Part shown: positions 23,275 through 25,082 of the stretch, in pieces | How the letters are laid out: each line of letters starts with the position of its first letter | Numbering within the stretch: position 1 is the first letter of the stretch | Translations under genes and position numbers: made by a program | Virus record (IMG/VR): IMGVR_UViG_3300037307_000014 | Location: 1 to 25,082 of that record | Direction: 5' to 3' (one strand) | DNA from: a virus | Lineage: Duplodnaviria > Caudoviricetes | DNA length: 25,082 nt | Notes under the pieces: generated by a model | What the model was told of the DNA's origin: nothing | What the model saw: only the letters and a program-made list of their open reading frames with translations | Database searches by the model: none

Positions 23275-24753
23275 ATGTCTGAACCGACATTTGGCATTAG
23301 CATCACGCGGATCGACAATGAGCCGCGTCCCGCAGTATGGAGCGACATGAGCGTGGTGGGCCTTATTGGCACCGCGCCTGCCGCCAATGCTGCTACCTTC
23401 CCGCTGAACACTCCGGTGTTCATGTATTCCGATGACGCCACCATGTACGCGGCGCTTGGAGCCACTGGCACTCTTGCTGATGCAATCGACGGCATCAACG
23501 ATCAGCTTGGTGAGTTTCAGGTGGCCGCCAAGGTGGTGATTGTCCGCGTCGAGGAAGGCGCGGATGATGATGAAACGATCACCAACATTGTTGGTGACAG
23601 TGCGGCCAAGACTGGCATGCACGCTTTCATCGAAGCCGGGCCTGCGCTTGGCGTCATCCCGCGCCTTCTCGCCGCGCCGGGCTTCACCAAGCAGCATGAA
23701 ACGGGCGTGCTGTCCCTGACCATTGCAAACGCTGGCAGCGGCTACACGGACGGCACGCACGCGCTGACGGCCACGGGCGGCGGCGGCACGGGCTTTGCTG
23801 GTACGGCCACGGTCGTTGGCGGTGCCATCACCAGCGTTGCCATCACCAATCCCGGCAGCGGCTACACCTCGGCTCCGACCATTGTTTTGACGGCGCTTGG
23901 CGGCGGCACCGCTGGCAGCGTCACCGCCACGGTCGGCGCGCTGGCCAACCCTGTCTGCGCGGAGTTCCCCTCCGTGCTGAACAAGTTGCTTGGCGTTGCG
24001 GTGGTGGACGGCCCGGCCTCCACGCTTGCGGCTTACACCGCATGGCGTGAGACAATGCAGAGCGAACGCCTGATCCCGGTGGAGACGGCGGTGAAGGTGG
24101 GCGTCAGCGCCACCGTCAAGCCAGCGTCACCGCGCGTCATCGGCATTGCCGTGCGGCGCGATCATCAGTTTCAGGGACGGCCCTTCCACTCTTGGGCCAA
24201 CCAGCCAGTGCAGGGGATTGTTGGTCCCTCGCGCAGCATCGGCTTCTCCCTCACTGACGGTGCAACGGAAGGCCAGTCCATCCTCAATGCCAACGGCGGC
24301 ATCATCATCCGTGGTGAAATGGGCGTTGAGACGGCCATTGCATCCGGTGGCTTTGTCTATGTCGGCACGGACACCTGCTCGGAGGACACGCTGTGGCAGT
24401 TCTACAACGTGGTGCGCGGGCGTGATTACATCCACCTCATGTTCCTCCGTACACTGCGCTTCTACCTTGGCCGCTTCAACATCACGGGCCAGACCATTGA
24501 AGCGATCAGGAACACCATGGCGTTTGCCATGCGTGACCTCAAGGCGGATGGTGACTTGCTTGGTTACAAGGTGGACTTCACGCGGGACCAAAACTCGCCA
24601 GAGCAATTGCGCCTTGGCAAGTTCACGGTGAACTTCGCCGCTGAGGAACCGCCTGTTCTCCGCTACCTTGGCATCCAGTCTGCGCGCTATCGTCCTGCGC
24701 TGGACGCGCTCTTGGATGACCTGCTCTCGCAGCTTGATGCTGTGACGGGCTAA
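23275..24753 (+). CDS. Contractile tail sheath protein (P2 FI-like)
   Basis: 'SVVGLIGTAP', 'FPLNTPV', 'GTLADAIDGI.DQ', 'KTGMHA', 'PRLLAAPGF', 'SWANQPVQGI.G', 'NSPEQLRLGK'. Confidence 0.93.
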   Translation: MSEPTFGISITRIDNEPRPAVWSDMSVVGLIGTAPAANAATFPLNTPVFMYSDDATMYAALGATGTLADAIDGINDQLGEFQVAAKVVIVRVEEGADDDETITNIVGDSAAKTGMHAFIEAGPALGVIPRLLAAPGFTKQHETGVLSLTIANAGSGYTDGTHALTATGGGGTGFAGTATVVGGAITSVAITNPGSGYTSAPTIVLTALGGGTAGSVTATVGALANPVCAEFPSVLNKLLGVAVVDGPASTLAAYTAWRETMQSERLIPVETAVKVGVSATVKPASPRVIGIAVRRDHQFQGRPFHSWANQPVQGIVGPSRSIGFSLTDGATEGQSILNANGGIIIRGEMGVETAIASGGFVYVGTDTCSEDTLWQFYNVVRGRDYIHLMFLRTLRFYLGRFNITGQTIEAIRNTMAFAMRDLKADGDLLGYKVDFTRDQNSPEQLRLGKFTVNFAAEEPPVLRYLGIQSARYRPALDALLDDLLSQLDAVTG

Positions 24754-24784
24754 CATCAACTCAGGTGGCTAGGAGAAAAGCACC

Positions 24785-25082
24785 ATGAACACAATCTATG
24801 TGATGGAAGCCGTCAACCTGTTCTGCGGCGACCATGATCCAACCGCATCCAAGCATCTGACAATCACGGAACTCAAGCTTCCGCCGTTGCAGGGCATCTA
24901 TGCGGATCACCACGGCGGCGGCGCGCGCGTTGCCATTGAGGTTGAGGTTGGCATCCAGAAGCTGGAACCCACGTTCAAGCTGGCTGGCATTGATCCTGCG
25001 CTGCTTGCGCAGTTCGGCCTCGGCTCCCGATACAAGAATGTCTACACCGCCTATGGCAAGGTCCGTGACAAGCGCACGGGCC
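24785..25082 (+). CDS. Tail tube protein (P2 FII-like), truncated by the window end
   Basis: AGGAG RBS, ATG 24785; reads MNTIYVMEAVNLFCGDHDPTASKHLTITELKLPPL...HHGGG...IEVEVGIQKLEPTFKLAG.. open to the window end; follows the sheath gene. Confidence 0.88.
   Translation, partial: MNTIYVMEAVNLFCGDHDPTASKHLTITELKLPPLQGIYADHHGGGARVAIEVEVGIQKLEPTFKLAGIDPALLAQFGLGSRYKNVYTAYGKVRDKRTG

Overview
A co-oriented (+ strand) late region of a tailed phage or prophage, probably of an alphaproteobacterial host (high GC, GANTC apparently avoided). It joins a lambda-like packaging/head module (cos-like site, Nu1-like small terminase, GpA terminase, lambda-family portal, gpW-like adaptor, S49 protease with nested scaffold, decoration protein, major capsid protein E) to a P2-like contractile tail module (V, W/gp25, J, I, tail/fibre proteins, sheath, start of tube). 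The most unusual part is 866-5046. A ~210 bp CA/GCA-rich low-complexity tract sits immediately before a lambda-cos-like sequence. After the cos-like site comes a five-gene, translationally coupled cassette (ParB-like, cupin, PAPS-reductase-like IbrA/YbdN type, second PP-loop PAPS-reductase-like, IbrB/YbdM-type ParB) that runs directly into the small terminase; it is a candidate packaging-linked DNA modification system. Other oddities are a tandem-HTH small terminase, a 44-aa His/Cys-rich segment in a tail protein, an unannotated two-TM micro-protein in the baseplate operon, and apparent TCG/CGA depletion. All product calls come from motif recognition and synteny, not database searches.
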